Shown: one piece after another, positions 27,588 through 37,227 of the stretch
Layout of the letters: every line of letters starts with the position of its first letter
Numbering within the stretch: position 1 is the stretch's first letter
Virus record (IMG/VR): IMGVR_UViG_3300031857_000076
Span: 1-64,000 of that record
Length of the DNA: 64,000 nucleotides
Direction: 5' to 3' (one strand)
Source: a virus
Program-made: the position numbers and the translations under genes
Notes under the pieces: generated by a model
Seen by the model: only the letters and a program-made list of their open reading frames with translations
Told to the model about the DNA's origin: nothing
Databases searched by the model: none

Positions 27588-28018
27588 CGAATCATTGTGT
27601 ATTGATGAAGTATTACATCGTTTGGATGTGGCTTCAATTTGTCTGGAATCCTTGCATCATACAACTCTTGTAGAGCGATGTCAAGGCTTTTTCTATCACG
27701 CTCGCATTTTGCGATTGCGACTGCTGCTGGGCTGCGGCTGTATCCAGCAAAACAATGAACCAACAACTTGTCAATAGGATACAAATCGCGAATGAAATCC
27801 AAAAACTTTTGTATATGGGATTCTTGGGGAGCATATTTTGCATTAGTTGGGTCTATATTAATAGAGGCAAAGGTTTCGTCTTCAAAATCTAAAAACAGAT
27901 ATTTTTTCCCTTCACGAAATCTTTCAGGAAGAAAATGACCAAGAGAAACTACTGCGTCATAATTTTTAGCATATTTTTCAGCATTGGCAAAGTCTGTGTA
28001 GTGGTTGATTGTATTCAT
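27584..28018 (-). CDS. tyrosine/dual-specificity phosphatase-like protein
   Basis: VHCFAGYSRS (CX5R) active-site loop. Confidence 0.85.
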   Translation of the reverse strand: MNTINHYTDFANAEKYAKNYDAVVSLGHFLPERFREGKKYLFLDFEDETFASINIDPTNAKYAPQESHIQKFLDFIRDLYPIDKLLVHCFAGYSRSPAAVAIAKCERDRKSLDIALQELYDARIPDKLKPHPNDVILHQYTMIR

Positions 28019-28031
28019 GCTGCAATATAGA

Positions 28032-28709
28032 CTAATATCCAAAAGCGTCAAGTGCGTATTTGAAGGGGTTGCCTTCAATATATTTTACAAGAAGAAGCAT
28101 ATATTCTGCAATATCGCGAATTTCTTTCTGCGCCTCTGGTTTGTTGCGAAGCTCTAAGAAATGATGGAAGCTGCGCCAATTGAACATCACATCAGCTTGA
28201 ATTTGCGAATTGTAAGTCTTGAAGAAGCGAGCAGATTCTTTTGCGCGTTTGCGACCAAGAACGGGTTCAAGCTCTTTGAGGCACTGATGGTATAATGCAT
28301 TACCTTCTTCGGTAAACTTTTGAAGTGTTTCTGCCCAACTATCAACAGAAAAATTTGTCCAAGGACAGTCCCATTCCTCACCACTATGACCATCTAATGC
28401 AGCCCAATCATCAGGAATATAAAACTTATCTTCTTTCAGTTCTTTGTACCTAGCACTTTCTCCATTGATCGAAACGCCAATACGGTGCTTGAGTAGGTGG
28501 ATGTGAGAAGCAATGTCGCAATCCACAAGAAAATGCAGGCTGCTTTTTTCAAAAGGAGTGTGATGTCCCTGTTCTGCAAGCATCTTCAAAAGCTTGGGAA
28601 TACGTTCGCGCTTTTCTTCCGTGATGTCGCGGCTAGTGGATGTCCAAGCAGAACATGCATGAATCTCGTCGCTACCATAGAATCCAATGAGTTCAACTTT
28701 ATTAGTCAT
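28032..28709 (-). CDS. thyX: FAD-dependent thymidylate synthase
   Basis: GHHTPFE, HLLKHR...NGESARY, NWRSF.HFL.LR...AQKEIR. Confidence 0.93.
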   Translation of the reverse strand: MTNKVELIGFYGSDEIHACSAWTSTSRDITEEKRERIPKLLKMLAEQGHHTPFEKSSLHFLVDCDIASHIHLLKHRIGVSINGESARYKELKEDKFYIPDDWAALDGHSGEEWDCPWTNFSVDSWAETLQKFTEEGNALYHQCLKELEPVLGRKRAKESARFFKTYNSQIQADVMFNWRSFHHFLELRNKPEAQKEIRDIAEYMLLLVKYIEGNPFKYALDAFGY

Positions 28710-28856
28710 TTTTAATTAGTTCGGGGTTTTGTTCTAGAACTCTCGATACAAGATACACGCATTCTTGTGCAGTGAAATGCGTTTTCCAATCGCACTCGTC
28801 AAGAATTTCATCCATTGCTTGTAGATAAAGTTCGTATAGTTTTTCTCTATTGATTT

Positions 28857-29426
28857 TCATGTCCAAAAGTAATCGCGGTATTCAACCATTTGTTTGAGAA
28901 TGCTAGTGTCTGTTTGAGCAATCAGTGCTTCAACTTTATTAAGTTCACCATAAAGTTCATCATAAGTTTTATTTTTTAATTCTGGTGGCAGAGGATGTGG
29001 AGGATACAAAACGTCTCGCTGCGCTTCACAATTTGGCCTGCCTTCTTCAATCCAATGAACAGCAGAATCAAGCCAGTTCTTGAATTTGCGATGTTCGGGT
29101 GTGCCATCCCAATCTACAAAAGAAGATTCAGCCTCTTTCTTAAACGAAAGAATCATGGCAAAATTAACCTCAACAATTAAATTAGAGATGTCGCTCCACT
29201 GACGAGGAATAACCTTGCGAATATCCTTATGACATGGCTTGAAAAAACGATAAACTTTCCAGTATAGTTCTCGACATGGCCATTTGATATGAATTGAGAA
29301 CCAATGAGGCGCAGTTTCGCGCATCCAATACTGAATTGGATATTGTTTCTTAATGTTTTTGCGCCAAGTTTCCCAACCCTCCCATGTTTGAGAAGCTGGA
29401 ACAGGGTACCAAAATTTGTTTTTCAT
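28857..29426 (-). CDS. Trp-rich conserved phage hypothetical protein
   Basis: ORF; promoter at 29433-29460. Confidence 0.75.
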   Translation of the reverse strand: MKNKFWYPVPASQTWEGWETWRKNIKKQYPIQYWMRETAPHWFSIHIKWPCRELYWKVYRFFKPCHKDIRKVIPRQWSDISNLIVEVNFAMILSFKKEAESSFVDWDGTPEHRKFKNWLDSAVHWIEEGRPNCEAQRDVLYPPHPLPPELKNKTYDELYGELNKVEALIAQTDTSILKQMVEYRDYFWT

Positions 29427-29433
29427 GCTTACA

Positions 29434-30345
29434 TTATGCGGAGATTGCTTGCTTTGTCAACTCACGAATGCGGAAAATAGCTTGGCATTTGTGTTTGAGT
29501 TCCACATCAAAATAAACATCACGGCCATAGTTGTTGGGAATTGAAACTGGCATGTCAGCATGTTTACGAGTGCCATCAATGCCTTCGCTGTAGTGAAACA
29601 GTGGAGTAGTTGGCCAAGTTTCGTAAGCAAGATTGAATGCTTCCTCTGCTGCTAGATTGTCATGCAAGATGCTGTGATGCAAAGAGTCGTAAGTGATGGG
29701 GATGTTGCGAGAACCGTAGAAATACTTGACAAGATTCTTGATGCCCCAAACACCTTTGGCATTGTCATTGTTCTCAAGCACAAGGCGTTGACGAATATTG
29801 TCTGGCAGTTGATCGTAAACGCGCAATACCTTGTCTGCAATGGTTTGAGGGTCGCCATCCTGTCTAACATGTATGTTGAGCGGCGAACGATAGTCTTGAG
29901 GAAGACCAAGCAAGTCAAACACTTCTGCATGTTGCTGTAGGTCAAGGATGCTGTTATTGATGCATTCTGGATTGTCAGACGATAGTGTGATGTATTCGCT
30001 AGGATGAGCAGACAAGCGAAGAGGATGCTGCGCCAAAAGTTGCTTGATAGAGTCACAAACACTACGGATAGCAGCGATGTTGGGCAGGTCTGCAATGCGC
30101 AGATTGACGTTCTTGTGCGTCAATACTGGAGCAAGAGAAGAGGACAAGCGATAGCCTTGAATGTTGTTAAGCTGACAGAAGCGAATAGTATTGAGCGTCA
30201 TCTTGAAATTGTGCAAGATGCGCTCGGAAAGCTCGCTGATAGCAGCGTTGAATGGCAGCTTGGCAAACTGCGTATAAGTCATAGAGCGAAAGCTCTGCCC
30301 GTTATCAGACAATGTTTTTGAGATGCAGCAAAGGGATAGGTTCAT
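29434..30345 (-). CDS. uvsE: UV DNA damage endonuclease
   Basis: YRLSS, RLSAHP, NIH, RLVLEN.D, YDSLHH, HYSE, HAD, ELKHK; start at MNLSLCC behind promoter 30351-30378. Confidence 0.9.
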   Translation of the reverse strand: MNLSLCCISKTLSDNGQSFRSMTYTQFAKLPFNAAISELSERILHNFKMTLNTIRFCQLNNIQGYRLSSSLAPVLTHKNVNLRIADLPNIAAIRSVCDSIKQLLAQHPLRLSAHPSEYITLSSDNPECINNSILDLQQHAEVFDLLGLPQDYRSPLNIHVRQDGDPQTIADKVLRVYDQLPDNIRQRLVLENNDNAKGVWGIKNLVKYFYGSRNIPITYDSLHHSILHDNLAAEEAFNLAYETWPTTPLFHYSEGIDGTRKHADMPVSIPNNYGRDVYFDVELKHKCQAIFRIRELTKQAISA

Positions 30346-30374
30346 AGTAAACAGTAACCCATGCTTGTCTTTTG

Positions 30375-30806
30375 TCAAGATAAGATTTTTTCAGGGTCGC
30401 GCTCTTTGGAGCCTTTTTCTGTTGAGGTCCAAGATTCAAAATCAATTAAAAACAATTTGCCGTCATCAGACTCTACCACATTTTTCCACCGAATGTCATT
30501 GTGATGAATTCCATAAACATGAACTAATTCATGATTCATATTTTGGATTTGAGTTTTAAACTTTTTTCTCTCTGGTGGAAGGTATTTTAAATTTAACGAT
30601 TGGCCAACATATTTAGTGACAATCACTCTATCATCTATGGAACTTGCCAATAATTTTGGCACAAACTCGCAAGACTCCAGTATTCTGTAAGCATCTAGTT
30701 CTCTTATGAATTTGCCATTTGTTTTTAGGTATTTAAAAACAGCAGTTTCTCCGCGCCAGTTTCCTAACTCTACCTTCTCTGTTGAAACACCTTTTTTAAA
30801 CTGCAT
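30375..30806 (-). CDS. minimal protein kinase-like protein (RIO/Bud32/Kdo-like)
   Basis: VFK...RE...VPKLL, IHHNDIRWKN, LIDFE. Confidence 0.8.
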   Translation of the reverse strand: MQFKKGVSTEKVELGNWRGETAVFKYLKTNGKFIRELDAYRILESCEFVPKLLASSIDDRVIVTKYVGQSLNLKYLPPERKKFKTQIQNMNHELVHVYGIHHNDIRWKNVVESDDGKLFLIDFESWTSTEKGSKERDPEKILS

Positions 30807-31393
30807 TAGTAGTTTGGCTCTTCGCAGAGGATTCTGCTGACTTCCTCTTTGATTTTTTTGATCATGCGGTGTTTAGCAATGTAAACTGTGCCACAGTTCA
30901 CTTTGTATTTCTTCATCAACTGATCATTATTTAGTTGGTTAAAATGCATATCGCAAAAGATCATATAGTCTTTGCTCTTGTGAACTTTGCCAAGATTTTT
31001 CAAAGCTTGAACAAAGAGTTTTTGCTGATAATTATTCTCAAGTTTTGCATCAAGGTCTTGATTCTCGTCTGGCTGCATTTCCATGAGAAGATCGTCGCCA
31101 GTTGTAACATGCTTGTGCTGACGTTGATTGCGGCGAATAATGTCAACCATTCTCCACTTGGCAAATGTTGTGACCCAAGAATAAATGTTTCCCTTTGACG
31201 AGTCGAACTTATTTTCGCGAAAGTAATTCGCCATTGAAATGAAAACCTCTTGAACAACATCATCCACATCTTGTGATGGAAGTTTGTATGAGTGGGCCAA
31301 TGTTTTTAAATACTCATTAAATTGTTCAAAAAATGCATTCCAGCTTTGGCTGTTATTCCAATCGGAGAGTTGACGCTCTTGTAGTTCGCTCAT
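30806..31393 (-). CDS. ECF sigma factor, PVC-type
   Basis: SWNAFF...DVDDVVQEVF...FDSSKG...WV...WRMVD..RR; VYIAKHR in region 4. Confidence 0.85.
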   Translation of the reverse strand: MSELQERQLSDWNNSQSWNAFFEQFNEYLKTLAHSYKLPSQDVDDVVQEVFISMANYFRENKFDSSKGNIYSWVTTFAKWRMVDIIRRNQRQHKHVTTGDDLLMEMQPDENQDLDAKLENNYQQKLFVQALKNLGKVHKSKDYMIFCDMHFNQLNNDQLMKKYKVNCGTVYIAKHRMIKKIKEEVSRILCEEPNY

Positions 31394-31399
31394 TAGTCT

Positions 31400-31624
31400 T
31401 TAGTTTAGTGGTCTGAATTTGGAAAGCTCGTCTTGCAAAGAAGAGTATTTCTTGTGAGAGTGCCAGATTTCAATGTCTTTACCAGTGGTATAGACTCCTT
31501 GAGTAGTGGCTACGCTTGTGTTTGGCGGAATGAAAAGCTCTGGAGGTTGCTGTTCCAGATTCCTTTCGGGAATGTATTTTTGGCAACATCCGCAAATCAT
31601 TAATGCTAGAATAGTCTTTTTCAT
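31400..31624 (-). CDS. lipoprotein, possible o-spanin
   Basis: MKKTILALMICGC lipobox-like; Pro-rich; ATGA overlap. Confidence 0.45.
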   Translation of the reverse strand: MKKTILALMICGCCQKYIPERNLEQQPPELFIPPNTSVATTQGVYTTGKDIEIWHSHKKYSSLQDELSKFRPLN

Positions 31625-31869
31625 TTTTTTAAATCTTGTAGGAAGATGTGCATTTTTTGCTGCTCTTCAATAATTTCTTCATCGAATTCAGTGGCTCTTT
31701 TCTGGCCTTCGGGAGTGGGTATTTGACGCGCTTGATTTCTTTGAGAGGTTAGTTTATCAATCCTGTTGTCAAACTTCTCCAAAATATCGAAAAGAAAGGA
31801 TTTATTACGCAACTTGAAGTATTCAACCGCAAGCTGCAATAACAAAGGAATTGCGTCCAATATTTTCAC
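31621..31869 (-). CDS. coiled-coil protein with hydrophobic N-terminus, possible i-spanin
   Basis: GTG start overlapping upstream stop; precedes the lipoprotein. Confidence 0.4.
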   Translation of the reverse strand: MKILDAIPLLLQLAVEYFKLRNKSFLFDILEKFDNRIDKLTSQRNQARQIPTPEGQKRATEFDEEIIEEQQKMHIFLQDLKK

Positions 31870-32063
31870 GGCTGCTTTTTGAGAGCATTGAAAATCACTT
31901 TTTCCTCTTGGCCAACCTCGCACTCGCAAATGTAGCCACCAATATGTTTGGCACAATCTAAGGCCCAAACATACGCATCAGAGAAATACTGATCATAAGA
32001 GGCTTGATGCTCGCCCTTTTGACTATAAACTGAATACCACTTAACGCCTGATTTGTTTTCCAT
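31866..32063 (-). CDS. hypothetical protein
   Basis: ORF. Confidence 0.65.
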   Translation of the reverse strand: MENKSGVKWYSVYSQKGEHQASYDQYFSDAYVWALDCAKHIGGYICECEVGQEEKVIFNALKKQP

Positions 32064-32064
32064 G

Positions 32065-32316
32065 TTATTGCTTGTTGATTTTGGTCATCTTGATAAGGGA
32101 GTCGTGAATCATGTGACGGGTTTCCCAATCAATGATGCGACCATTTTCTTCTTTTGGAAGCTCGGACACTACTTGTTCCAAGTCCAAACCAAATGCCGAA
32201 CAAAGGGCTTTGACTTTGCGAAGAACGCCGATTTCCTTATACTTGAGGATTGCCCAACAGAGGTCAATCTGTTCGGGTCCGCTTTTTTCAATTGCCTTGG
32301 CAATGGTGTTGCTCAT
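32065..32316 (-). CDS. hypothetical protein
   Basis: ORF; promoter at 32364-32391. Confidence 0.7.
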   Translation of the reverse strand: MSNTIAKAIEKSGPEQIDLCWAILKYKEIGVLRKVKALCSAFGLDLEQVVSELPKEENGRIIDWETRHMIHDSLIKMTKINKQ

Positions 32317-32361
32317 AGGTTTTATTTATTTTTTATTTGTTTGTGGTTGTGTTGTTGTTAA

Positions 32362-33285
32362 CTATTCTACAATGAGAAGGATTTTTGTCAAGGTTTCTTT
32401 TACCTCTTCTGCTGCTTTTTCTTTCCAGACTCGCAAACAATAGTCGCGAATTTCTGGCATTTGAAATTGAGTTTTTAGTGCGAGTTCTTGCTCATTACCA
32501 ATAATGCAATAAGGAGGTACGTCATAACCAGACATGGCAATGGTGTTTTTACACTCATAATCGAATAGAGTAAGAACGCTATAATTGAGAGCTTCATAGA
32601 ATCGGTTAGCCAAACAATTATAGTTGACATGGTTAATCTCGTCCTCAATGTAGAGACTAGAGTAGAAAGCAGAGAGTCCTTCTTTTGACCAGTTGATTCG
32701 ATCAATGAATGGGCCGTTGACCTCAATTGCGTTAAATTTTTCACGGTTTTTTTGGTGTGTTGAAACAGTTACTTTGCCTTTTAAATATTTACGGAATGAG
32801 ACTTCGCGATTCTTGCGAAAAGAACCATAATAAATGCATCCTTCTTTTGGGGCCGTTGTTTCTTTGGGGTCAAAAACTAGACAGTTCAAATTAACAAAGT
32901 GCCAACCGTTCAAATATTTTTCTACGATTTTAGAAATGCTGCCACCATGATTGGCAATAACTTCGTAGCGACGACCTTCTTTCACTCCCATCCACAAAGC
33001 TCTTGGTTCGCCAAGGTTGTATTCGTTTGTGATGTAAAAGATTTTTGCTTCTGGACTAGCTTTTAGCCAAGCGTAGTCAACGTAAGAATAGTGACTTGCA
33101 TGATTAAAAATGATTCGGTCATAGCCACCTTTAATGTTGTCGTTGACTGTTGGATAGCTCCAGATGAGGTCAGCCTCATGGCCGCTTTGAATCAAAAAGT
33201 CTTTGATCTTTTTGGCATTTAGCCAGTGAAGATTTTGAGGTTCTTTCAGCGAACCTTTGTGAGAATCAATAATTAAATATTTCAT
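32362..33285 (-). CDS. T4 beta-glucosyltransferase-like GT-B enzyme
   Basis: IYYGSFR, LYIED, ANRFYEAL, LFDYE line up with T4 BGT IYGGSFR, LIIGD, TLRVWETM, LIDEE. Confidence 0.65.
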   Translation of the reverse strand: MKYLIIDSHKGSLKEPQNLHWLNAKKIKDFLIQSGHEADLIWSYPTVNDNIKGGYDRIIFNHASHYSYVDYAWLKASPEAKIFYITNEYNLGEPRALWMGVKEGRRYEVIANHGGSISKIVEKYLNGWHFVNLNCLVFDPKETTAPKEGCIYYGSFRKNREVSFRKYLKGKVTVSTHQKNREKFNAIEVNGPFIDRINWSKEGLSAFYSSLYIEDEINHVNYNCLANRFYEALNYSVLTLFDYECKNTIAMSGYDVPPYCIIGNEQELALKTQFQMPEIRDYCLRVWKEKAAEEVKETLTKILLIVE

Positions 33286-33536
33286 TGAGGAAAGAATTCG
33301 ATTGCTAAACGGCCAAGATTATCTTCAAAATGAGCATAGCCCTCAAAGATGATGCGGTCTTGAATAACAATAGTTTTGTAAAGCTCAAAAGGAAACTCGC
33401 CTCGATCTGGAACTTTAACACTGTGAACTGCTGCGTTTCCGCCAGCGTGTTCAATCGTGCAGTTCTCAAATTCTTTTTCCATCCAATCAAGATGGGCTTG
33501 ATTGTTTGCGCCAATGATTTTAATTTTACCAGTCAT
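33282..33536 (-). CDS. hypothetical protein
   Basis: ORF. Confidence 0.65.
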   Translation of the reverse strand: MTGKIKIIGANNQAHLDWMEKEFENCTIEHAGGNAAVHSVKVPDRGEFPFELYKTIVIQDRIIFEGYAHFEDNLGRLAIEFFPQ

Positions 33537-33544
33537 GTCTTACC

Positions 33545-34201
33545 TTAATAGGTATATTTGAATGTGTCAATGTCTTTTTCAAAGATTTTTTCAACTATCT
33601 TTTTTGTATTGGAATTGTAATAGTCTTTATAATCTGATCTTTTGCTTGCGTTTTCGTGCGGAATATCTGGATTAATGTGTTTGATTTCGCAAAGATCAAG
33701 CATTTCTTTAAAATCATTTTTAATATTTTCGAAACGAAGAATAAAATTAGGCTGAAATGCGCCTTCGAACCACTCAACTTGTTGATGAGTAGCAATAAAA
33801 TCTTTTGTATTATTTGCGTAATTTTCACTCATAATTTCGCAAAAATCTTCGAAAGATGCGTCATTTGATCTTTGATAAAGATTGCCTAGTTTTTTTTCTT
33901 TGGCATACTGAAATAAGGAAACTGTACGATCAAATGGATTTCTAACTACAGAAAAAGACATGTAATTGTGAACCATTGAACCAAAAATTTGATAAATTTC
34001 GTTTGGTTTAACGTGCGTAGTCGAGACTCGTTGATTATATGGGTTTCTTTTAAAGAAAACATCATGAAAGGTTTTTTCATGTTTTTTAATCAAATTAAGA
34101 TCGCCAAGGTGAGAATAGATAGAAGTGCTGGCGTTTTTAGGAACACGAATAAAAATCATGCTCCAAATCCATTTATGCTTGCATGGAGAAAATTCCATCA
34201 T
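33545..34201 (-). CDS. sulfotransferase (Sulfotransfer_2-like)
   Basis: 5'-PSB FIRVPKNASTSI; 3'-PB VRNPFDRTVS. Confidence 0.85.
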   Translation of the reverse strand: MMEFSPCKHKWIWSMIFIRVPKNASTSIYSHLGDLNLIKKHEKTFHDVFFKRNPYNQRVSTTHVKPNEIYQIFGSMVHNYMSFSVVRNPFDRTVSLFQYAKEKKLGNLYQRSNDASFEDFCEIMSENYANNTKDFIATHQQVEWFEGAFQPNFILRFENIKNDFKEMLDLCEIKHINPDIPHENASKRSDYKDYYNSNTKKIVEKIFEKDIDTFKYTY

Positions 34202-34716
34202 GGCTTCTTCCAAAGAGAATAAGATAAATGCTCTCTAATATCTTTTATAGGAATCAGTGAAATCTCATCTTTGCGGCCTTTTCGCTGATAAATGCGATAC
34301 ACTGCCTCACCAGAACTCTCAACCTTATCAGAGAAGTCCACGTTCTTTTCGCAGAAATCTAACAAAGCTTGTCTCCTAACAATTAAGAAATTCTTCTCTT
34401 GTTCAAAAGCAATCAAATCAGCACTGCCGCGAAGCCAACCCTCTTTGCCAGCCACATTCGCGAACTCTACCCACAAATATTTATCGTTTGTATTTGAGTC
34501 TGTGCGTTTCACTTTCTTTTGAGCTTTAACATCAAAAGAAACAGTGCCGTGTTTTTTGTGGTCTAAATAAACATCAACATGGGAGAGTTGTTGTTTGCGG
34601 TCTGCTTTTAAGACTTTCCAACCTCGTTTTTCAGCCATTTCTGAAAAAAGAGTTTCGGCAGAGTATCCTGAATCGGAACATTGGCCATTATAGTCAAACT
34701 GATTACGGTATTTCAT
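34198..34716 (-). CDS. PD-(D/E)xK nuclease-like protein
   Basis: E...HVD...FDVKA...WVEF.N..GKEGWL. Confidence 0.65.
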   Translation of the reverse strand: MKYRNQFDYNGQCSDSGYSAETLFSEMAEKRGWKVLKADRKQQLSHVDVYLDHKKHGTVSFDVKAQKKVKRTDSNTNDKYLWVEFANVAGKEGWLRGSADLIAFEQEKNFLIVRRQALLDFCEKNVDFSDKVESSGEAVYRIYQRKGRKDEISLIPIKDIREHLSYSLWKKP

Positions 34717-35242
34717 AATATGCGAAGTCTTCTATGGTTTTAAATTTAAAAAGTTTTTGGGCAATTGCAATGAATTGTCTTTTTTTATGTTTTCTGCGCA
34801 CGTTTCCAGCTATATATTTTACATTATATTTGGCCTTAATCAACTGAAAAATTCCAAAAGCTGATTGTTGAAAAAGGTTCCAATTAAAATATCTCGAAGC
34901 AGCAAAAACAAATTCGCATGTGTGTTGTGGTTTGATGATTTGTTCTAGTTCTTTTGGAATTTCAAGTGTTTTTAAGCCAATATCAAAAGATATGAATCCA
35001 ATAAAGCGATTGTCTTGCAATACATAGAATATTTTCGTTTGATCAATTAGGTATTTAAAATGTTCGTCGTATTTGGTTTTTTGCTCAGAAAGAGTTTTGT
35101 ATTTGAAGTCTAATGGCCTAGAGCGATTGAAGAATTCCAAATAAACAAGCAGCAGTTTTTGCCTTTCGTCCTCACTTCCTAAAAATTCGTGTAATTTATA
35201 GTTTGAACCGTTATTATTTTTAGTCATGCCCATTAACAACAA
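34703..35242 (-). CDS. hypothetical protein, possible GNAT fold
   Basis: ORF; FIGFISF motif. Confidence 0.5.
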   Translation of the reverse strand: MLLMGMTKNNNGSNYKLHEFLGSEDERQKLLLVYLEFFNRSRPLDFKYKTLSEQKTKYDEHFKYLIDQTKIFYVLQDNRFIGFISFDIGLKTLEIPKELEQIIKPQHTCEFVFAASRYFNWNLFQQSAFGIFQLIKAKYNVKYIAGNVRRKHKKRQFIAIAQKLFKFKTIEDFAYYEIP

Positions 35243-36242
35243 AGTTTCTAAAGACTTACTTGATTTAGAGCCAACAGCCGTTTTAGAGTTTTACAAAATC
35301 TATTACGATACGGTTAATGAGCCAGACTCTTTCTTCCCGTTCCATCCATGCTCTAATGGATTACAAGGCAAGATTGTGTTGAATAACATTGCTTATGTGC
35401 CTTTGGCAGTTGAAGTTGAGGATTTTGAAACAAATATTTTCAATCGAATCAGTCGTCCAAAGATTAGAATCAGCAATGAACAGTTGGTAATTAGTCAGAT
35501 TTTGCGCCGAAAAAACGATTTTAAATTCGCAAAACTAGAAAGAATTAAAATTTTTGTTAAATACATTGACGATGTAAATTTTGAAGGAGGCATTAATCCT
35601 TATGGAGTTGCAGACCCAAATTCTGAAATTTCTCGCGACTCTTATGTAATTTCTCAAAAGACACAAGAAAACAAGTCTCTTGTGGAGTTTGAATTGACTG
35701 CTCCATTTGACTTGGAAAACTTTTCCATCCCTGGAAGATTGGTGATGGGAAGATACTGTTATTGGCAGTATCGCGGATTGGGATGTCACTATTTTGGTGC
35801 TCCAGTTTGCCAAGAAGATGACACGCCATTTACTTATGTTCCAACTGGCAGCTTTAACTTTCAAAGCAGTAGTAATGAGTGGACCTATAATATAACCTAC
35901 AATCCAGGAATGATTGTTTATGTTTCTACTCCGAAAGACCCGTTTAGAACTTGGTATGTTTGCACACAAACGCATGTAGCAACAGAAAACAACATGCCTG
36001 GCCTTGATGACGCTCCTTGGGAAAAAGATGGCTGTTCCAAGTCTATTGGAGCTTGCAAAAAGCGGTTTTATAATTCCACCCTATCTTATAGCGGTATTTC
36101 TGGCTCTCAAACGGTTACTGGCTCCGTTTATAATCCTGTTCCTAGCGCTCAAACAGCTAGTTTAGGCGCATTTTATCTGCCATTTGGGGGCTTTCCAGCC
36201 ACAGACAATTATCAATATGGACAATCCTATCGTCAAAAATAA
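35226..36242 (+). CDS. lambda gpL-like minor tail protein
   Basis: RPKIRISN, VKYIDDVNF, VEFELTAPFDLE, CYWQYRG.GC, C.K...CK.RF, LPFGGFP. Confidence 0.9.
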   Translation: MPINNKVSKDLLDLEPTAVLEFYKIYYDTVNEPDSFFPFHPCSNGLQGKIVLNNIAYVPLAVEVEDFETNIFNRISRPKIRISNEQLVISQILRRKNDFKFAKLERIKIFVKYIDDVNFEGGINPYGVADPNSEISRDSYVISQKTQENKSLVEFELTAPFDLENFSIPGRLVMGRYCYWQYRGLGCHYFGAPVCQEDDTPFTYVPTGSFNFQSSSNEWTYNITYNPGMIVYVSTPKDPFRTWYVCTQTHVATENNMPGLDDAPWEKDGCSKSIGACKKRFYNSTLSYSGISGSQTVTGSVYNPVPSAQTASLGAFYLPFGGFPATDNYQYGQSYRQK

Positions 36243-36621
36243 AAGCTTTAAAAAAATTCTGGAGTCTGTTCGTGAGCATTGTGATAGATATTTCTCGTTA
36301 GAGTGCTGCGGTTTTGTTGGCAAAAATGGCAAAGACTATATAGTGCAGTTTGTTAATAATCGCTCACCAAATCCAAAACAGTTTTTTTGTGTTGATCCTT
36401 TGGACTATTTGAGGTTCAAAAACGAAAACGAATTTATTTCATTGATTCACTCTCACCCTGATGGAGACGAGTCTTTTTCAGAAATGGACCAAGCAAATTC
36501 AGAGGCTACTTGTTTGCCGTCCATTATTTACTCACTCCAAACTAAGAAATTTGCAATTTATGAGCCAAAAGAGCATGAAGTTGATGTAAATACTCTTAAT
36601 AAGGTAAAAGGCTTCTTATGA
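36217..36621 (+). CDS. gpK-like JAB/MPN tail assembly protein (no NlpC/P60 domain)
   Basis: ECCG...IHSHP....FS..D JAMM motif; lies between L and I. Confidence 0.85.
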   Translation: MDNPIVKNKSFKKILESVREHCDRYFSLECCGFVGKNGKDYIVQFVNNRSPNPKQFFCVDPLDYLRFKNENEFISLIHSHPDGDESFSEMDQANSEATCLPSIIYSLQTKKFAIYEPKEHEVDVNTLNKVKGFL

Positions 36622-37226
36622 CAGAAATTCATCTACATGGTATTTTAGGCAAAAAATATGGGCGATTGCATAGATTTGCAATCAAAGAACCTAGAGATGT
36701 GGTTCGAGCTTTAGAAGCTAATTATGAAAATTTCTCAAAAGACCTCAAAGACTTATTAAAGAAAAAAATTGTTTACTCAATTGTTGCTGACAACCAGTGG
36801 GTTCAAGGCAACTCTTTTACAGAGATTAAAAAAATCAAGAAAATTGATTTTGTGCCAACAATTATTGGTTCAACAGTAGGGCAAATTATTATGTTAGTTA
36901 TTGCTGTGGCTTCTGCGGTATATTCCTATGTTCAAGCTGGCAAGCAACAATATCCTCAAATTCCTGGAGCAGAAGGAATTTCATCAGCTAATTCTAAATC
37001 ATTAGCTTTCTCCAATCGAGAAAATATCACTGAGCAAGGCAATCCAGTTCCTCTTGTTTATGGGCGATTAAAAGTTGGCTCTTTTGTTGTTCAAAGCTCC
37101 ATTAAATCTTTCCCGCTCACACTCACTTTAACAGACGAATTTTTAAATTCAACAGCTAAAAAATCTGCCAACCAAGTTGCTATTATTGATAGTGCCGATT
37201 CGGTTTTGAGCAATCCAAAATACTAA
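36618..37226 (+). CDS. lambda gpI-like tail assembly protein
   Basis: LHGILGKKYG; N...QGNPVPLVYGRL.VGS. Confidence 0.9.
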   Translation: MTEIHLHGILGKKYGRLHRFAIKEPRDVVRALEANYENFSKDLKDLLKKKIVYSIVADNQWVQGNSFTEIKKIKKIDFVPTIIGSTVGQIIMLVIAVASAVYSYVQAGKQQYPQIPGAEGISSANSKSLAFSNRENITEQGNPVPLVYGRLKVGSFVVQSSIKSFPLTLTLTDEFLNSTAKKSANQVAIIDSADSVLSNPKY

Positions 37227-37227
37227 A

